NCBI GenBank assembly: GCA_947491825.1 | Contig: CANLLM010000003.1 | Location: forward strand, 2,067-66,066 | Reading direction: 5' to 3' | Source: Bacteroidota bacterium | Lineage (GTDB): Bacteria; Bacteroidota; Bacteroidia; UKL13-3 | Length of the DNA stretch: 64,000 bases | Shown here: in pieces, positions 27,318 through 38,322 of the stretch | Numbering within the stretch: the stretch's first letter is position 1 | How the letters are laid out: the number at the start of each line of letters is the position of its first letter | Made by a program: the position numbers and the translations under genes | The notes under the pieces: generated by a model | Seen by the model: only the letters and a program-made list of their open reading frames with translations | What the model was told of the DNA's origin: nothing | Databases searched by the model: none

Positions 27318-30300
27318 TTGAGATTAAACGTTATGAAGTTAAAAAGCATTTTATACCTTTTGATATTAATTGGCTTTTCGCATGTTGCCAAAGCACAACA
27401 AACGTTACAAAACGAACACCGTTACAAAACGTACAAAGAAGCTTACGAGCTATTTTACAAAGAGAAATACGCGGCGGCTCAGCAATTATTTGACCAATAC
27501 ATAACACAAAGTACTGATAGAGAAAGTGTGATAAACGCATCCTACTATTCTGGAGTTTGCGCCATGGAATTATTTAATGCAGATGCCATAGCGAAACTCA
27601 GTTACGTTTATCAGAACTTTCCTGAGAATCCGAAAGCAAAGTTAGCTTACTTTCAGTTAGGTAGATATTTTTACCGATCAAAAGACAACAAACGAGCAGT
27701 ACAGTATTTAGAACAAGTAGATGCATTGAGTTTAACCAACGAAGAGGCTGATGAATATTGGTTTATAAAGGGTTACGGCTATTTTAAAACGGATAAATTT
27801 ACCGAAAGTAAATTGTCGTTTAAGAATATCAAAGATAAAAAAAATAAATACTACGACCCTGCAAATTATTATTATGGATATGTCGTTTACAAAGATGGTA
27901 ACTATGATGAAGCATTAACCCATTTTAACCGCATAAAAAGCAGTAAAATATTTGGTCCATTATCGCAAGTATACATCGCTCAAATATTGTTTACGCTTAA
28001 ACAGTATAAACAAGTTGTGGCTTTTGCCGATAGTATAAACAATAAAGATGTTGCTGATGATGTAGCGGGTATTATTGGTCAAAGTTATTTTAATTTAAAT
28101 GAGTACGCGAAAGCAATTCCTTACCTAGAGACTTACAATGCAAATCCACCCATACAATTAAGCAGTAAAGATATATATCGCTTGGGCTATGCTTATTTTA
28201 AAACGGACAAATACGATAAAGCTATTGAGCAGTTTATACGCATTACGGATAAACAAGATACCACTTCACAATTTGCACACTTTCACCTTGCAGAGTGTTA
28301 CATCAAAACAGATAAAAAACCTGCTGCTAGATTAGCTTTCGATAGAGCATACAAACTAAAATTTGATCAGCATATTACTGAGTTGGCATTATTTAATTAT
28401 GCCAAAATTAGTTACGAGTTAAACCAAGTAGATGCATTAAAAGACTTTGTGAAGTTTGTAAACGATTACCCCGAGAGTCAATACATTGATGAAGCTCGCG
28501 GTGTTTTAGGTGATTTATTGATGAGTACGCGTAACTATAAACAAGCCATTGCCGTTATAGAAAGTATAAAAAAACCTACCCAAGACAACAAAGAGGCATA
28601 CCAACGTGTATTGTATTACTTCGCTGAAGAGCAGTATTTAAACAATAATTACCCAGTTGCAGCCGAATTTTTTATCAAATCGCAAACGATAGATAATGAT
28701 AAAAAACTATACGCATTATCGTATTTCTGGCAAGCAGAAATGCACTACAAACAAGGTCAGTTCAAAGAATCTGAATCTCATTACAAATCGTTTTTGAAAT
28801 ATGAAAATGAAGTAAAATTTACTCGGTTCTATCCGTTAGCATTTTATAACTTAGGATATTGTAATATAAAACTAGAAAATTATGCAGATGGTGTTGCCAA
28901 CTTTAAAAAGTTTTTAGAAAGTAGCCATGCGCAAAATAGCCCTGAATTATATACTGATGCAGCCATGCGTGTAGCCGATTGTTACTTTGTAACCAAAGAA
29001 TATAACCGCGCAATAGATCATTACGAAATGATTGTTGCAAAAAAATTGAATGGTAGCGATTATGCCTTATACCAAAAAGCTATGATTTATGGGCTATTAA
29101 GTAAGCCTACAGATAAAATCAATGCCCTTCAAAACATCATCAACAACTATAAAAAATCTCCATATATTGATGATGCGCTATTTGAAATTGCAAACGTAAA
29201 TCTTCAAACAGAAAACTATACTGCAGCAGTAAACGGATTTGACAACATCATTAAAAACTATCCGCGAAGTATGTACATCAGAAAAGCCATACAGTATAAA
29301 GGTTTAGCCTATTACAACAATGGTGATGACAACGAAGCATTGGCTACGTTTAAAATCTTAGCTACAGATTATTGTAATACAGATGAGGCAAGAGAAGCAC
29401 TTGCTGTGGTTAAAAACATTTACATAAACAAAGGTGAAACTGACGAATACCTTGATTTTATTAAATCAGCATCATGTGTGGTAGTTTCACCTACTTACCA
29501 AGATAGTATTAGTTATGAGGCGGCTTTTAATCAATATAAAAATGGTGACTGTGTAAAAGCTAGTAAATTATTTGGCTCTTACATCAATCGTTTTGGCGGT
29601 GGATTCTTTATTTTAAAAGCCAACTATTACAAAGCTGAGTGTGATTTCAAATTAAAGAATATGGATGAAGCATTGGTTTGCTATGAATATGTAGCCAACC
29701 AAAATCGCAATGACTTTACAGAACGCGCCACGCGTCAAACAGCCGCACTCTGCTATAGCAAGAAACAATGGCGTAAAGCATTTGAATATTATAGTGCATT
29801 AGAACGAATTGCAAGTGGTAGGGAAAATTTACAAGTTGCAGTTACTGGTATGATGAAAACAACCATGTCGGCTTTCTCAATAGATAGTGCAGCTATGTAT
29901 TCATTTAAATATGCCAACTCAGGTTTAAGTACAAAAGATGGATTATTAGATGCTAATTTAAACATTGCACGGTTTTATATGGGCACTAACCAATACGACA
30001 GCGCATTGGTAGGTTGGAATTATTTAATAAAAGAAACTAAAAACGTTTATGCCGCAGAAGCTAAATACCATGTGGCATTTATTCAAAAAATTAAAAAAGA
30101 CTTCAACGGCAGCAAAAAAACAATATTTGAAATATCAGAAAAATATGCCAGCTACAACAAATGGTATGAGAAGGCCTTTTTACTTTTAGCTGAAATTTAT
30201 CACGCTCAAAAAGACAATTTCCAAGCTAAAGCTACCTTACAGAGTTTAATTGAAAACCTTGACGATGGAATTAACAAAACCGCAGCAATTGACAAGTTAA

Positions 30301-30377
30301 AACAAATTATTGCAGAGGAAGAATTAGGGAAACCTAAAACTCCTGTAGTTACAGAAAAAGAAATAGAAAAATTATAA
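27318..30377 (+). CDS. Large periplasmic/secreted tetratricopeptide-repeat protein
   Basis: 1019 aa. Probable start at ATG 27333 (MKLKSILYLLILIGFSHVAKAQ). Many degenerate TPR units (A..Y..G..Y....Y..A...F). Confidence 0.8.
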   Translation: MRLNVMKLKSILYLLILIGFSHVAKAQQTLQNEHRYKTYKEAYELFYKEKYAAAQQLFDQYITQSTDRESVINASYYSGVCAMELFNADAIAKLSYVYQNFPENPKAKLAYFQLGRYFYRSKDNKRAVQYLEQVDALSLTNEEADEYWFIKGYGYFKTDKFTESKLSFKNIKDKKNKYYDPANYYYGYVVYKDGNYDEALTHFNRIKSSKIFGPLSQVYIAQILFTLKQYKQVVAFADSINNKDVADDVAGIIGQSYFNLNEYAKAIPYLETYNANPPIQLSSKDIYRLGYAYFKTDKYDKAIEQFIRITDKQDTTSQFAHFHLAECYIKTDKKPAARLAFDRAYKLKFDQHITELALFNYAKISYELNQVDALKDFVKFVNDYPESQYIDEARGVLGDLLMSTRNYKQAIAVIESIKKPTQDNKEAYQRVLYYFAEEQYLNNNYPVAAEFFIKSQTIDNDKKLYALSYFWQAEMHYKQGQFKESESHYKSFLKYENEVKFTRFYPLAFYNLGYCNIKLENYADGVANFKKFLESSHAQNSPELYTDAAMRVADCYFVTKEYNRAIDHYEMIVAKKLNGSDYALYQKAMIYGLLSKPTDKINALQNIINNYKKSPYIDDALFEIANVNLQTENYTAAVNGFDNIIKNYPRSMYIRKAIQYKGLAYYNNGDDNEALATFKILATDYCNTDEAREALAVVKNIYINKGETDEYLDFIKSASCVVVSPTYQDSISYEAAFNQYKNGDCVKASKLFGSYINRFGGGFFILKANYYKAECDFKLKNMDEALVCYEYVANQNRNDFTERATRQTAALCYSKKQWRKAFEYYSALERIASGRENLQVAVTGMMKTTMSAFSIDSAAMYSFKYANSGLSTKDGLLDANLNIARFYMGTNQYDSALVGWNYLIKETKNVYAAEAKYHVAFIQKIKKDFNGSKKTIFEISEKYASYNKWYEKAFLLLAEIYHAQKDNFQAKATLQSLIENLDDGINKTAAIDKLKQIIAEEELGKPKTPVVTEKEIEKL

Positions 30378-30417
30378 TCACCAACTCATCAACAATCAAT
30401 ACATTATTTAAAACAGC

Positions 30418-32040
30418 ATGAGTATGAAAAAAACGATATCAGCACTTGCGTTAATCCTTCTAGTAAATGCAGGCTTTGCTCAAGATACATTGCTCAACAA
30501 CGAGTTTGATGTGATAAAAGATTTTAAGCCAACACTTACCGATATCATAAAAATACCAAGTAACCCGAATCCAGAAGTGCCAGAAGTAAAGTCTCCTAAA
30601 TTAGATTATACATTGCCTGTTGTAAAGCTTAATGCCGACCCAACCATTTATACCATTAAACCACTTGCAATGGGAACTGCATTATTACCAAAACTTAAAA
30701 ATAATTTCTTCAGGTTAGGCTATGGTAATTATAGTTCGCCCATCATGGAAGCCTACTTAACCACTGTAAGAAATAAAACTTCGCAAGCTGGTGTATATGT
30801 AAAACATTTTAGCGCAAACCCCGATGATAATCGTGCATTTAGTAACAATGCGCTTAAACTTTGGGGCAAACGTTTTATGGACAAAGGTGCTGTAACAACC
30901 GATGTAGCGTTTAACAGGAATGTAATACATTTTTACGGCTACCAACCACAAACCATCGACTTTAAAAAGAGTGATTTACGCAGGCAATACGCAGTTTTGG
31001 ATGTACATGCTGGTTATACTAATATTATTAAAGATACTGCTAAATTGAAGTTTAATTTAGACGCTAACTTTTACAACTTTATAGATGATAATGGAAGTAT
31101 TGAAAATGATTTTAAACTAAACGGAAATTTCTCGAAACGTATTAATGGTAACCCGCTTGATGTTGGCATCGGTGTGAATACCAACAATACCAAAACGAAA
31201 TTTTACGAAAAAAACAGAGTATTTGTTGATATCAACCCTGAGTATACCTTAACATTCCAAAAAGCATTTATCAAAATTGGATTTAATTCTACTTTCTACA
31301 AAGATAGTCTAGGATCAAACCTTGATTTTTTCTTTTTCCCTAAAGCAGAAGCTGCTTATCAAATTACGCCAAAAACAATTACGGCTTATGCAGGTATTAC
31401 AGGTAAACTAAACCGTACAACTTATCGCGGATTAGTGAACGAAAATCCATTTATCAGTAATTTTTCATTGTTAAATACGGAGAATAAATTTGAAATTTAT
31501 GGTGGATTTAAAGGCGAAATTAGCGGACAAACCAGTTTCATGTTACAGTTTTCGCATGCCACAATGCGTAACTTATTGTTTTACGGATTTGATAGTATAT
31601 CGAGCGGACAAACCACTATTTTTGACTCCACTAATGCTGGTTTAAGCAACATCAAAGCAGAACTAAACCACGAGTTTGGAGAAAAGTTTCATTTAAATTT
31701 TGTGATGAATTATTATGCTTATTCACTACAAATTACCCAACCATTTAGCCGACCAACTTTTACCACACGTACAAGTCTTTTATACAACATTGGCAATAAG
31801 TTTATTATTCGCGCTGATGTTTATACAATGAATAAACGTAAATCAATTGAACTTACAGAAAAGAAAGAATTTAATTTGAACGCCATAACGGACTTAAACC
31901 TAAGTATTGACTATCACTACACCAAAAACGTAGGTTTATTCCTAATAATGAACAACTTAACCAATAACCAGTATCAGCGTTGGTACGATCACAAGGTTTA
32001 TGGGTTTAATATTTTAGGTGGTTTAAGTGTAACCTTCTGA
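30418..32040 (+). CDS. Hypothetical outer-membrane beta-barrel protein
   Basis: 540 aa with signal peptide MSMKKTISALALILLVNAGFAQ. Alternating amphipathic strands and a C-terminal ...LGGLSVTF aromatic terminus. No family recognised. Confidence 0.45.
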   Translation: MSMKKTISALALILLVNAGFAQDTLLNNEFDVIKDFKPTLTDIIKIPSNPNPEVPEVKSPKLDYTLPVVKLNADPTIYTIKPLAMGTALLPKLKNNFFRLGYGNYSSPIMEAYLTTVRNKTSQAGVYVKHFSANPDDNRAFSNNALKLWGKRFMDKGAVTTDVAFNRNVIHFYGYQPQTIDFKKSDLRRQYAVLDVHAGYTNIIKDTAKLKFNLDANFYNFIDDNGSIENDFKLNGNFSKRINGNPLDVGIGVNTNNTKTKFYEKNRVFVDINPEYTLTFQKAFIKIGFNSTFYKDSLGSNLDFFFFPKAEAAYQITPKTITAYAGITGKLNRTTYRGLVNENPFISNFSLLNTENKFEIYGGFKGEISGQTSFMLQFSHATMRNLLFYGFDSISSGQTTIFDSTNAGLSNIKAELNHEFGEKFHLNFVMNYYAYSLQITQPFSRPTFTTRTSLLYNIGNKFIIRADVYTMNKRKSIELTEKKEFNLNAITDLNLSIDYHYTKNVGLFLIMNNLTNNQYQRWYDHKVYGFNILGGLSVTF

Positions 32041-32103
32041 TAATAGGCGCATTTACATTAAAAATTACCTTCGAGTTTGTTTAACTGAGGCAGGCTTCAT
32101 ATT

Positions 32104-33360
32104 TTGCAGTTAAATATGTTAGGGCAAATTACATCACAAACCATCTGGAACAGCGTTAAAGAGTTGTTGCTTAAGCACGATTGTGTGATTATGCCGAACT
32201 TTGGCGGATTTGTGTGTAATCCCGAAAATGCGCGAATAGACCAAGTATCGCATATTATAACCCCGCCTGCCCGCAGGGTAATGTTTAACCAAAACTTAAA
32301 AAGTAATGATGGGCTTCTGGTACAAACTGTAGCTCAAAACAATGGTTTAACTTACAGCGATGCCTTGAAAGCTATTGATGACATTATAACCGAGTTTAAA
32401 AACAAATTAGAACTGGTTAATCAGATCGAAATTGATGCTTTTGGTATCTTCCGACTAAATGCTGAAGCCAATTATGTATTTTTACCTAATAAGCATAATA
32501 CCTATTTGTACGCGTCTTTTGGTTTAATGCCTTTACAAGCAACACCAGTAATTGATCTGGCAATAGGTACCAAACGAACACGCTTATTTAAAGACAGAAA
32601 AAACACAGCACCGATTGGCAAAAAACAACGTGCAAAAAATATCGCGCTAAAAGCATTAACAGCTGTTTTGGTGGTAATGTTACTTTTAAATGCCTATATT
32701 TTCTTAATTAATACCGACTTAATTGGTGGTACTAAAATGAGTACAACTGGTTTACATTCTTGGTTTGATTCATTGATGGCTAGCGAAAATCAACCGTCAT
32801 CTAGTATTAATCCTGAACCACCACAGGTTAATCATATTCCGAAGGCTACCATTGCAACTAAAGTCCCTGAACAACCAATATTGGAAAAACCAATTATCAA
32901 TTTAACTGACAGTTCTTTGCTTTATGCAAGCACCACATTAAACATAGCAGAAGCATTTGCTTACAGTAGTAAAAGTGCGCCCAAATTTGGTGATTATACC
33001 TTTAACCAAGATGGCAATTTAATAGAAGCTGAAGCCGTTCAAATTTCACCACCAGAACTTGAAGTAAACCCTGTTGTTATTGCGGATACCAGAAGCGAAG
33101 TTGTAATTGCAGAAAATAATATTGCCACCCTTTCTTTCCATGTTATTGGTGGTGTATTTTGTAAGGAAGCCAATGCCCGTAAATACTGTAACATACTCAA
33201 ATCTAAAGGATTTGACGCGCAATTGCTTTTAAATAAAAAAATTAATTGTAACCGTGTTAGTTTCGGCAAATTAGGCTCACGCGAGGAAGCTTTACGTTTG
33301 TTGGATAGCATCAAATCTACCGAAAACCCTGAGGCTTGGGTATTAACAATTAAAGAATAG
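32104..33360 (+). CDS. HU-like (HU-CCDC81-type) N-terminal domain / TM / C-terminal SPOR-domain protein
   Basis: 418 aa. N-terminal LLLKHDCVIMPNFGGFVCNPENARID...ITPPARRVMFN, one TM helix (ALKALTAVLVVMLLLNAYIFLI) and C-terminal FHVIGGVFCKEANARKYCNILKSKGFDAQLL...VSFGKLGSREEALRLLDSIK, a peptidoglycan-binding SPOR fold. Confidence 0.75.
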   Translation: MQLNMLGQITSQTIWNSVKELLLKHDCVIMPNFGGFVCNPENARIDQVSHIITPPARRVMFNQNLKSNDGLLVQTVAQNNGLTYSDALKAIDDIITEFKNKLELVNQIEIDAFGIFRLNAEANYVFLPNKHNTYLYASFGLMPLQATPVIDLAIGTKRTRLFKDRKNTAPIGKKQRAKNIALKALTAVLVVMLLLNAYIFLINTDLIGGTKMSTTGLHSWFDSLMASENQPSSSINPEPPQVNHIPKATIATKVPEQPILEKPIINLTDSSLLYASTTLNIAEAFAYSSKSAPKFGDYTFNQDGNLIEAEAVQISPPELEVNPVVIADTRSEVVIAENNIATLSFHVIGGVFCKEANARKYCNILKSKGFDAQLLLNKKINCNRVSFGKLGSREEALRLLDSIKSTENPEAWVLTIKE

Positions 33361-33409
33361 TACCTTTAGTTTGATCATTGCATTATTAATTACCCATTTA
33401 TAAATTATT

Positions 33410-34531
33410 TTGATGAAACACATCGTTGTTGCGTTAATATTTACATTTGCTTTATTTCAGTTATCGGCACAAAATAAAAAAGCCAATAATGTAAGTCTAC
33501 TGTTACCATTCTGCAGTAAACAAATCCTTGCAAACCCTAATTGTAAGGATGCAGAGTTGGGTAACATTTGCAGAGAATACTATCAAGGTGGACTTATCGC
33601 ATTAGACTCGCTTGAACGAGCAGGTGTAAAGTTAAAATTGAATGTATTCGATACGGAAAATGATAGCCTAACAATGCTGAGTATTATGCAAACAATTGCA
33701 TTTAAAGAAAGTGAGCTTATTTTAGGTCCGGTTCGCCAGGGAGGAAATCAAGTCTTGTCTCAGTTTTGCAAAAAAAATGAAGTATACCACTTTTCGCCTT
33801 TAATGACATTTAGTAAAATAAAAATGGATGATCCTTATTGGATATCGGCAAACCCTGATTTACCTGTTTACGCTGGTATTATTTTAAAACAAATATTAAC
33901 CTCAGACACCGCAGCGAATATTATTGTTGTATACGACAAATCTACAGTTGGTAAAAGTATAGGACAAGCATTTAAAACCATAGCTGCAAATAAAAAATTG
34001 CGCTTAAGGGTATTGGAATATAACCCTACACTCGACTTAAAATTATACACGTCTGATTTATATGCAAATCACATAGTGGTTGCTGCTATACAAGAAAGTT
34101 CAGTTAATGGCACCCTAAGAAATATGGGCGATACCTCAACCACTTATAAATTAACAACCTACGGTTTAATGCAATGGTTTGATTTTAAGAATGTAGATTA
34201 TACCTTATACCAACGTTTTAACCTATCGGTGTTTAGTCCGTTTTATGCAGATTATACCCATGATGAAGTAAAACAATTTGTGGTTAAATACCGAGAACGT
34301 TTTAGCACCGAACCCACTGAAGCTGCTATAAAAGGTTACGACCAAATGTTACTATTTACGAATGCTTTGAATCAAAATGGTAAAAAGTTGATGGATAAAT
34401 TGGCTGATAAAAACATACCTGCACTAGGTACTAGATTTAATTTTATTAGATATAAAGAAAGCAACAGCTACCAAACAGTGTACTTAAATTTACTAAAATT
34501 AGATAACTATGCCCTTAAAAAAGTTAACTAA
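33410..34531 (+). CDS. Periplasmic type-1 (LivK-like) ligand-binding protein
   Basis: 373 aa with signal peptide MMKHIVVALIFTFALFQLSAQ. The pattern VSLLLPF...YQGGLIALDSLERAGVKLKLNVFDT.ND resembles PBP1/ABC substrate-binding proteins. No transporter genes are adjacent. Confidence 0.5.
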   Translation: MMKHIVVALIFTFALFQLSAQNKKANNVSLLLPFCSKQILANPNCKDAELGNICREYYQGGLIALDSLERAGVKLKLNVFDTENDSLTMLSIMQTIAFKESELILGPVRQGGNQVLSQFCKKNEVYHFSPLMTFSKIKMDDPYWISANPDLPVYAGIILKQILTSDTAANIIVVYDKSTVGKSIGQAFKTIAANKKLRLRVLEYNPTLDLKLYTSDLYANHIVVAAIQESSVNGTLRNMGDTSTTYKLTTYGLMQWFDFKNVDYTLYQRFNLSVFSPFYADYTHDEVKQFVVKYRERFSTEPTEAAIKGYDQMLLFTNALNQNGKKLMDKLADKNIPALGTRFNFIRYKESNSYQTVYLNLLKLDNYALKKVN

Positions 34532-35168
34532 TCCCCTCCCACTCTTTATAAAACTGAGCTAAAAATTGCTCCATAAAAGCATGTCGGTTTTCTGCCAGTT
34601 GCTTGCCAGTTGAAGTATGCATCGTATCCTTTAACAACAATAACTTTTCGTAAAAATGATTGATGGTTGGTGCTGCGTTATTTTTATACGATTCAATATC
34701 CGCATAATGTTGGGGTTTAATGTCCGGATGATAAATCAATCTGTTTTTAAAACCCCCATAATTAAATGTTCGGGCTATTCCTATTGCGCCAATTGCATCT
34801 AACCTGTCGGCATCCTGTACCACCCGCATTTCTTGTGATGAAAATGCTGCTTCACCAAACGTTTGTTTAAACGACATATACCTGATGATGTTAACCACAT
34901 GCACAATCACATCAATAGGTACACCAATTTCTTTTAAAAATTGATGTGCCTTATTCGGGCCAATATTTTCATCACCATCATAAAACTTAGAATCCGCTAT
35001 ATCATGCAGTAAGGCAGCTAATTCTACCACCAAAACATCAACATTTTCTGCTTGTGCAATGGTTTTAGCATTTTGCCAAACCCTGTAAATATGCCACCAA
35101 TCATGGCCTCCTTCTGCATGTTGAAGTTCTTGTTTTACAAAAATTTCCGTTTTCTCTGTCCAGCTCAC
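34524..35168 (-). CDS. HD-domain metal-dependent phosphohydrolase
   Basis: 214 aa with GGHDWWHIYRV...LAALLHDIAD...QDADRLDAIGAIG (H..HD..D motif set). Confidence 0.8.
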   Translation of the reverse strand: MSWTEKTEIFVKQELQHAEGGHDWWHIYRVWQNAKTIAQAENVDVLVVELAALLHDIADSKFYDGDENIGPNKAHQFLKEIGVPIDVIVHVVNIIRYMSFKQTFGEAAFSSQEMRVVQDADRLDAIGAIGIARTFNYGGFKNRLIYHPDIKPQHYADIESYKNNAAPTINHFYEKLLLLKDTMHTSTGKQLAENRHAFMEQFLAQFYKEWEGIS

Positions 35169-35182
35169 TCCAATTATTCCTT

Positions 35183-37780
35183 TTATTTTATGATGCTTTG
35201 GTAAGCGTCAATCATCATCTTTACCTCCAACATTTGCTCGTCAACCAATTTTAATTTGGTTTCGTCTTTTTTGGCTTTTTGTCTCTGCTCTTCTAACTTG
35301 AATAGCCTGTCTTTCCATGGTGCTTGCATGTAGTTAATCCATGTTGGCATTAGGTTTTTCATGCCTTTATCGGTAGTTAATTTATAAAAATTAGTTAGGC
35401 CTAGAATGGCTTTTTGTTGAACCACTTTATCTGCCATTTGTAAGTACTGAATATATTGATTCATAAATGCGAATCGAAGAAACCCTAATTTACCTAACCA
35501 ACTTTCAAAATAACTTACTTCATCCGTATTTGAATAATCGGCTAAAATACTCGCAATGGTTAACTGTAATTTAGCATTATTAACCCCAGTATAATTGCGG
35601 ATGTATTCTTTAACCAAAACAGAATCAACATCTGCAATGGCTTGTAATCCCGCACCAACAACACTGTATGCTGAATCATTAATGGACTTTTGATATACCG
35701 ATAAATGTTTAGCTGGATTATTTTGAGCCAATAAAGCAACTGCTTCTGCACGGGTTGCTGATTTCTCGTCATTAACTGCCAACTCCACAAGTTTTGCATC
35801 AAACAACACACGCTTTGTAGGATGTAGCTTTTCTACTGCACTTAATCCCATATCTCGCACTCCCCAGAATTCGTGACTTAATAGGTAGTTAATAATCTCT
35901 ACATCAACTGCTGTAATGCTATCACCTAAGTTATCTAACCATGCATTTACAGCATAGTGTTTATCCATAAAAAGTGGCGTTTCCATAATTGCTGCTTTGT
36001 ATTCGCTAGAAAGTTTGTTGTCTTGAACAAGTGCTAACAAAGCCTTATCGGCATCAACATTTACAAACTTAATTCTGGAGTCGGCTGTAAACTCAAATGT
36101 TTGTAGTTTATCCACTACGGTAATGTTCTCTTTTTTAATGCCGTTGTTCGTATATAGATCTACTTTAATGGGTAATTTATATATACCAAAAATACTGTCT
36201 TGCTTTTGTGTAATGGTTAATTTTACGGTTTGTTTGGTATCATTGTATTCATACTTGAAATCAAGTATAGGGTGGCCCGACTTTAAAAACCATTGGTTAA
36301 AAAACCAGTTTAAATCTTTACCTGTTACTTCCTCAAAAGCAATTCGTAAATCAGCTAACTCCACCGTTTTATAGGCATTTTTTGTTAGGTATAATTTTAA
36401 TGATTCAAAAAACGCTTCATCACCAATTTGCTTGCGCAACATATGTAAAATCAAACTTCCCTTCTGGTAACTCACCACATCAAACATATCATCGCGGCTA
36501 CCATAATGGTAACGTATAGGTTCAATCTTATGCTTATTTTTTTGATTAAGGTAAGCTCTTAGATTAGTATTAAACTCACAGTCGGCTTCCATTAAACTGT
36601 ACTTGTTTTCTTGCCAAATGTATTCGCCATAAGTAGCAAAACTTTCGTTTAAAGGAATATTGCTCCAACTCTCGCAAGTAACCAAATCTCCAAACCAATG
36701 GTGAAACAACTCATGTGCAATAATGTCTTCGTGAGGATTATCCAAATGCTCGCGGTAATTGTGTTGAAGCGCATCGTAATGAATCACAGCAGATGTATTC
36801 TCCATAGCCCCACTCACAAAATCGCGCACCACAATTTGGCTGTATTTGTTCCATGGATAATCAACTCCTAATTTGTTACTAAAAACTTCCATCATTTCTG
36901 GTGTATTTCCAAAAACCATTTTAGCATATTTTTTATATGAAGGTTCTACATAATAATCAACGGCTATGCTATCGCGCCAATAATCTTTAACCTGAGCAAA
37001 CTCCCCAACAGCAAGCATTACCAAATAAGGGGCATGCGGTTTGTTTTGTTTCCAAAAATCAGTTCTTGTTCCATCAGGGTTGTTTTTACTCAGCATCAAT
37101 TCCCCATTACTTAATGTAATGTCTTTATCATCAACAGTAATGGCCAACTCTTGAGTTATTTTTTCATTAGGTACATCAATAGTCGGGAACCAACAAGAAT
37201 TAGATTGTGTTTCTCCTTGTGTCCAAATTTGTCTAGGCTTATCCTTTTCTGTGCCTAATGGATTTATGAAATAAAGTCCTTTATCATCTTTAATGGCAAC
37301 ACCCTTCAACCCTTTTATCTCATTGGGCTTAGCAACATAATCAATGAATAATTTAAAGCTTTGTTTTCGGTTATAGGTTTTATCCAAAAACACCAATAGC
37401 TTATCACCATTGTAATTATACTTTAGTGTAAGTGTGTCGATATCATTTAGCAATGCCACTTGTTTTAATTCAAAACCACGGGCATCTAATTCAACAGTTT
37501 TTAAATCATAAAAATAAGGTCGAATGGTTAAAATAGCCTTTCCAATTACCTGTTGTTTTTCATAATTGAACCTCACGGCAAGCTTCATGTGCTCCAAATC
37601 AATATATCGTTCTACCGTTTCACGATAGGGTCCTTTAACTATTGGCCTTACGGTTACCGTATTAATGGCACTTTTTTGCGTTGGAGTGTTTGATGCTGAA
37701 GTGTTTTTATTTACTTTGCATGCAGTAATTGTCACTATCCATGCTAAAGCCAATAAATATGTTTTGTTGATGTTAATCAT
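35183..37780 (-). CDS. pepN: M1-family aminopeptidase N (lipoprotein)
   Basis: 865 aa with lipobox ...VTITAC. GAMEN exopeptidase motif (SGAMENTS), HELFHHWFGD zinc site plus downstream NESFATYGE. Confidence 0.9.
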   Translation of the reverse strand: MININKTYLLALAWIVTITACKVNKNTSASNTPTQKSAINTVTVRPIVKGPYRETVERYIDLEHMKLAVRFNYEKQQVIGKAILTIRPYFYDLKTVELDARGFELKQVALLNDIDTLTLKYNYNGDKLLVFLDKTYNRKQSFKLFIDYVAKPNEIKGLKGVAIKDDKGLYFINPLGTEKDKPRQIWTQGETQSNSCWFPTIDVPNEKITQELAITVDDKDITLSNGELMLSKNNPDGTRTDFWKQNKPHAPYLVMLAVGEFAQVKDYWRDSIAVDYYVEPSYKKYAKMVFGNTPEMMEVFSNKLGVDYPWNKYSQIVVRDFVSGAMENTSAVIHYDALQHNYREHLDNPHEDIIAHELFHHWFGDLVTCESWSNIPLNESFATYGEYIWQENKYSLMEADCEFNTNLRAYLNQKNKHKIEPIRYHYGSRDDMFDVVSYQKGSLILHMLRKQIGDEAFFESLKLYLTKNAYKTVELADLRIAFEEVTGKDLNWFFNQWFLKSGHPILDFKYEYNDTKQTVKLTITQKQDSIFGIYKLPIKVDLYTNNGIKKENITVVDKLQTFEFTADSRIKFVNVDADKALLALVQDNKLSSEYKAAIMETPLFMDKHYAVNAWLDNLGDSITAVDVEIINYLLSHEFWGVRDMGLSAVEKLHPTKRVLFDAKLVELAVNDEKSATRAEAVALLAQNNPAKHLSVYQKSINDSAYSVVGAGLQAIADVDSVLVKEYIRNYTGVNNAKLQLTIASILADYSNTDEVSYFESWLGKLGFLRFAFMNQYIQYLQMADKVVQQKAILGLTNFYKLTTDKGMKNLMPTWINYMQAPWKDRLFKLEEQRQKAKKDETKLKLVDEQMLEVKMMIDAYQSIIK

Positions 37781-37821
37781 GGGTTACAATTAAACAATAA
37801 AAATTTAAACAATAAAATAAA

Positions 37822-38322
37822 ATGATTACTGCCAAAGTAAACGACAACTTACAGTTTGAAATTGACATGAAATCTAATCATATTAAACTTAATGGTGAAG
37901 CTGTTACCCCTGATTGGACAATGATAAGTGAAAATAAATACCACGCCATCATTAACAACCAATCTTTAACTATTGAGTTAACTATTGCAGAAGAAGATGG
38001 CAAAAACATGAGTATTGTGGTAAATGGAATTAAATACCAGGTTGAATTACAAAACCAATTTGATGCTTTATTGAAACAGTTGGGCATGGATAACCTTGCT
38101 ACCAATAAGGTTAATAGTATTAAAGCACCAATGCCAGGACTCGTTTTACGCATTAGTGTCGCAGGAGGCGATGTAATTAAAAAAGGAGATCCGCTATTGG
38201 TGTTGGAAGCCATGAAAATGGAAAATATATTAAAAGCGGCTGGAGATGGTGTGGTTAAAAAAATTCATGCTATCGAAAAAACAGCAGTTGAAAAAGGATC
38301 GATACTAATTGAATTCGAATAA
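37822..38322 (+). CDS. Biotin/lipoyl-attachment carrier protein (BCCP-like)
   Basis: 166 aa. C-terminal APMPGLVLRISV..GD.IKKGDPLLVLEAMKMENILKA with the canonical E-A-M-K-M biotinyl-lysine motif. Confidence 0.8.
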   Translation: MITAKVNDNLQFEIDMKSNHIKLNGEAVTPDWTMISENKYHAIINNQSLTIELTIAEEDGKNMSIVVNGIKYQVELQNQFDALLKQLGMDNLATNKVNSIKAPMPGLVLRISVAGGDVIKKGDPLLVLEAMKMENILKAAGDGVVKKIHAIEKTAVEKGSILIEFE

